Shown here: positions 61,683 to 64,000 of the stretch, in pieces
Layout: each line of letters starts with the position of its first letter
How positions within the stretch are numbered: the first letter of the stretch is position 1
Source: an uncultured bacterium
GTDB taxonomy: Bacteria; Methylomirabilota; Methylomirabilia; Methylomirabilales; CSP1-5
Direction: 5' to 3'
DNA: 64,000 bases
Assembly: GCA_964348275.1 (NCBI GenBank)
Contig: CAYGBT010000010.1
Location: 21,424-85,423, forward strand
The notes under the pieces: model-generated
The model's database searches: none
What the model saw: only the letters and a program-made list of their open reading frames with translations
Told to the model about the DNA's origin: nothing
Translations under genes and position numbers: made by a program

Positions 61683-61942
61683 TCACCCTTTTTTTCGCCG
61701 CCACTTAATTGCTTGTCATGCTCCAAACGCTTCTTCTCCCATTTGCGAAGAGTTTCGCCTTTCTTCTGCTGTTTTTCCTTGATCCTTCTAACGGCCCGCC
61801 GATGGTCCCGTGCGTATGTCACCCCTGACCCCTCCTTCCTCCTGTGTTCGCGTTCGATCTCGGTGCATCTATTTACGGTGCGCTCCAGAGGACCTTGCCG
61901 GCCTTTACCGGCGCAGGACATTGCCGGCTGTTGGTCAGCCAT
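61679..61942 (-). CDS. Hypothetical highly basic small protein
   Basis: 87 aa, Lys/Arg/Glu-rich. It contains one copy of a 24-nt direct repeat (61874-61897). Confidence 0.4.
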   Translation of the reverse strand: MADQQPAMSCAGKGRQGPLERTVNRCTEIEREHRRKEGSGVTYARDHRRAVRRIKEKQQKKGETLRKWEKKRLEHDKQLSGGEKKGE

Positions 61943-61962
61943 TCCCCGCTCCGGTAAGAAAA

Positions 61963-62967
61963 TTACTGCCTCACCATCAGGGGTGTGAACCCTTCCTTCT
62001 TCAGAGCCTCAACGGCCTTCTGGGCCTCCGCTCGGTTCTCATACTCGCCAATCCGCACTTGGTGCACTGGGGTGGGGGCAGTCTCGGAGTCGATCTTGGA
62101 CGTGTAATTCTTCTTTCGTAGACTGCGGGCCAAATCGATGGCCTCGTTCAGATGAAACGATGACCCGACCTCCAGACGGAATTTCCCTCCCTCGATTTCG
62201 ACTAGGTTGGATGGAAACCCATCAACGTTCAGACTCCGCGCCGTCTTTTCTGCTTCCTCACGGCTGCTAAATTCCCCGGCATAGACTCGATGGCGAGTAA
62301 TGGGGACCGTGGTCATGCGGATGACCGGATTATATCCGAGTCCTTCTAGCTGCTTCTTGAGGGTGAGGGCATTCCGCTCGACGCCCAGACTGGCGACTTG
62401 GAGGGTATATCGCTTCTCCCTCTTGATCTCGGGCTCGGTCACCTTCGCCATCGGTTTTGGGACCGGTTTCTCCGCGACAGCCGGGGCTCGTGGTGGCTTG
62501 GGGCTTGCCTGCGGAACCTCGGGGGGCCCGACTACTACTGGAGGAGCCTCTTCCTTAGGACGACCTGTCACCGTGGGAGGTGCGGGGGTTGGAGGCCACT
62601 CTCCCGTTAGGTTTTTGCAGTGTACGTAGCCTAATCTCCCCCCGGACGCGACCTCTTTGATCTTGCACCAGAGCACCTGTCCTGCTTCGACAACAACTCT
62701 GATCTCCACGAGGTCCCCCCGCGCGAGCGTGAACACCATGTTGCTGGTTGTGTCCATCCGAGGGAACACGGGCACCGAGTCGCTCTCTACAACCACCTGG
62801 TTAAGCGGGGCTTTCTCCTCAGCCGCCTTACCGGGCACAGCTAGCCCCAATAGCACCACAGCGGCAATCGCGGCAAAGGCGATGACTCCCGCCCTCTTCA
62901 ACCGCCGATTCTCTCGCTCCACCCGCTCCAGCCGTTGTATTAGGGTTTCCATCGTTGGCTGATTCAT
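61963..62967 (-). CDS. Membrane-anchored SH3b-like + Pro-rich linker + double SPOR-domain peptidoglycan-binding protein
   Basis: N-terminal coiled coil and TM (...VIAFAAIAAVVLLGLAV...); SH3-like ...ARGDLVEIRVVVEAGQVLWCKIK...; two SPOR-like units (...YTLQVASLGVERNALTLKKQLEGLGYNP..., ...HQVRIGEYENRAEAQKAVEALKKEGFTP...). Confidence 0.7.
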   Translation of the reverse strand: MNQPTMETLIQRLERVERENRRLKRAGVIAFAAIAAVVLLGLAVPGKAAEEKAPLNQVVVESDSVPVFPRMDTTSNMVFTLARGDLVEIRVVVEAGQVLWCKIKEVASGGRLGYVHCKNLTGEWPPTPAPPTVTGRPKEEAPPVVVGPPEVPQASPKPPRAPAVAEKPVPKPMAKVTEPEIKREKRYTLQVASLGVERNALTLKKQLEGLGYNPVIRMTTVPITRHRVYAGEFSSREEAEKTARSLNVDGFPSNLVEIEGGKFRLEVGSSFHLNEAIDLARSLRKKNYTSKIDSETAPTPVHQVRIGEYENRAEAQKAVEALKKEGFTPLMVRQ

Positions 62968-63965
62968 CGCTTACTTCCCTTTCCCGCTCCACCTGCATTC
63001 GTGAGGAACTGCGCGTATCTCATCTTGTAAAGATCCTCTGCCTCCTCCCAATATTTGATCAGGACGCCCCAGACAAAAGCCAATCGCTCACCCAGGCCGA
63101 ATCGCAGGAGGTGCTCCATCTCGGAGGCCAATGCGAGGAGAACCGTGATCGTCGTACCCATGGCCTGAGATTTCCGTTTGATCAATTGTGCCTCTCGCTC
63201 CTCGCCGGGCTTACGCAATAACGCTGATCCTCGATGGACGAGGCCGGGGAAACTCAGATGAGCTTCTTGTGAAAGCGTCCTGTAGAACCACGCTTCAAGA
63301 TATTCGAGAAAGGCTGGATCTTTTGCTTGGCCCTTCATCTGGCTGGGAATCGGCCAATACTTGATCTTTGTCAAATCTGCGGTCTCTTGCTCGGATAATC
63401 CCCAATCCACCCGAGTCATTTCCAAAAACTTACCGTAAGTTTCTAGCCAATCCGCCCATGCTGGGGTCTCTCCATACTTGGACTTGTATCTGTCATACGT
63501 TTCCTTACTTTCGCGCCAACCACTCTTGTAAAACCATTGCGTCCTTACAGATAGGTCCTCGGAAAGGAATATCACCGAAAAAAGCTGGTCCAGCAGGGAT
63601 CGTGTGAGAGGGGGAATTGATAAGGCAAACTCCAACGGCGGCGCACTTTCTTTCGGAAAACCTCCCGCAAGGAATAGGATGCTCTGGTACGTGTTGACCG
63701 CGACCTTGACCATGGTCAGGAAGAGCACTTGTGCTCCAGGAATGTCTACAAGTTCCTTGGGCCACTCGCGATCAATGAGGTTCTTTAGGGCTTCCAGCCC
63801 TTCGTCCAACGGGTCCCTTAAGATTTTGAAATCCAACACCCTATCAGGCGGAACATCGTCTTTGTTCACCGTAATGCGCTCCCTTACCCATCTCCCTACC
63901 GCCCCTGTTTCCCGTCCGACTCCCGCCTCTTTTCTCACTTTGCCTTGCTTGCCATCTCTCGGCAA
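62964..63965 (-). CDS. Hypothetical helical protein
   Basis: 333 aa; 4-nt overlap with the SPOR gene; Trp/Tyr-rich (...WFYKSGWRESKETYDRYKSKYGETPAWADWLETYGKF...); no domain recognised. Confidence 0.55.
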   Translation of the reverse strand: MPRDGKQGKVRKEAGVGRETGAVGRWVRERITVNKDDVPPDRVLDFKILRDPLDEGLEALKNLIDREWPKELVDIPGAQVLFLTMVKVAVNTYQSILFLAGGFPKESAPPLEFALSIPPLTRSLLDQLFSVIFLSEDLSVRTQWFYKSGWRESKETYDRYKSKYGETPAWADWLETYGKFLEMTRVDWGLSEQETADLTKIKYWPIPSQMKGQAKDPAFLEYLEAWFYRTLSQEAHLSFPGLVHRGSALLRKPGEEREAQLIKRKSQAMGTTITVLLALASEMEHLLRFGLGERLAFVWGVLIKYWEEAEDLYKMRYAQFLTNAGGAGKGSKR

Positions 63966-64000
63966 ACGTTGTCCTTGTCTTTCAAAGCAAGCGCAAGCGT

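Larger units (their letters stand above)
52990..64000. mobile_element. Integrative element inserted next to tRNA-Ala (integrase, excisionase, replication module, unknown cargo); the distal end was not identified and may lie beyond the window
   Basis: The tyrosine integrase gene ends 15 nt after the tRNA. A co-directional module runs int-xis-helicase-organizer. There are many orphan ORFs, and AT-richer patches by eye. No virion genes are seen. Confidence 0.6.

Noticed and set aside
53004-64000. Search for a second copy of the tRNA-Ala 3' end (GGTTCGAATCCCCTCAGCTCCACCA) as attR of the integrative element
   Set aside because: I saw no convincing match in the window, so no element boundary is called. 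The distal end may lie beyond 64000.

Overview
A 64-kb, high-GC chromosomal segment from a diderm bacterium; the lineage cannot be assigned from sequence alone. Roughly 1-42 kb is core and housekeeping: mrp(D)EFG antiporter tail, a peptide-type ABC importer, mlaEFD plus a large AsmA-family protein, otsAB, mfd, a SurA-like PPIase, tsaD, an S41 protease, an EnvC-like M23 protein, ftsEX, radC, fmt-rsmB-PASTA-rpe. 42.4-52.8 kb is a metal-homeostasis cluster: a Zn/Cd-type P1B ATPase, a two-domain multicopper oxidase, a ZIP transporter, a DtxR/MntR regulator, two SCO1 proteins, TlpA, c-type cytochromes and a cytochrome c-CusF fusion. It ends at tRNA-Ala(GGC). From 53.0 kb to the window end lies an integrase-bearing integrative element with excisionase, DnaB-like helicase, replisome organizer and many unknown genes; no virion genes are visible. 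Strongest candidates for new biology: (1) an Nramp homolog with the Mg2+-type (NRMT-like) site substitutions, encoded next to a stand-alone, pore-less MgtE cytosolic sensor protein; (2) a fused HgcAB-like corrinoid/FeS membrane protein translationally coupled to a SAM methyltransferase; (3) a family of hairpin elements whose arms are tandem 7-nt units, one copy inserted in frame (75 nt) in the P-type ATPase gene; (4) a RAYT-type Y1 transposase flanked by inverted G-run arrays; (5) iteron-like arrays and unknown cargo operons in the integrative element. All functional calls come from reading motifs by eye; no database searches were run.
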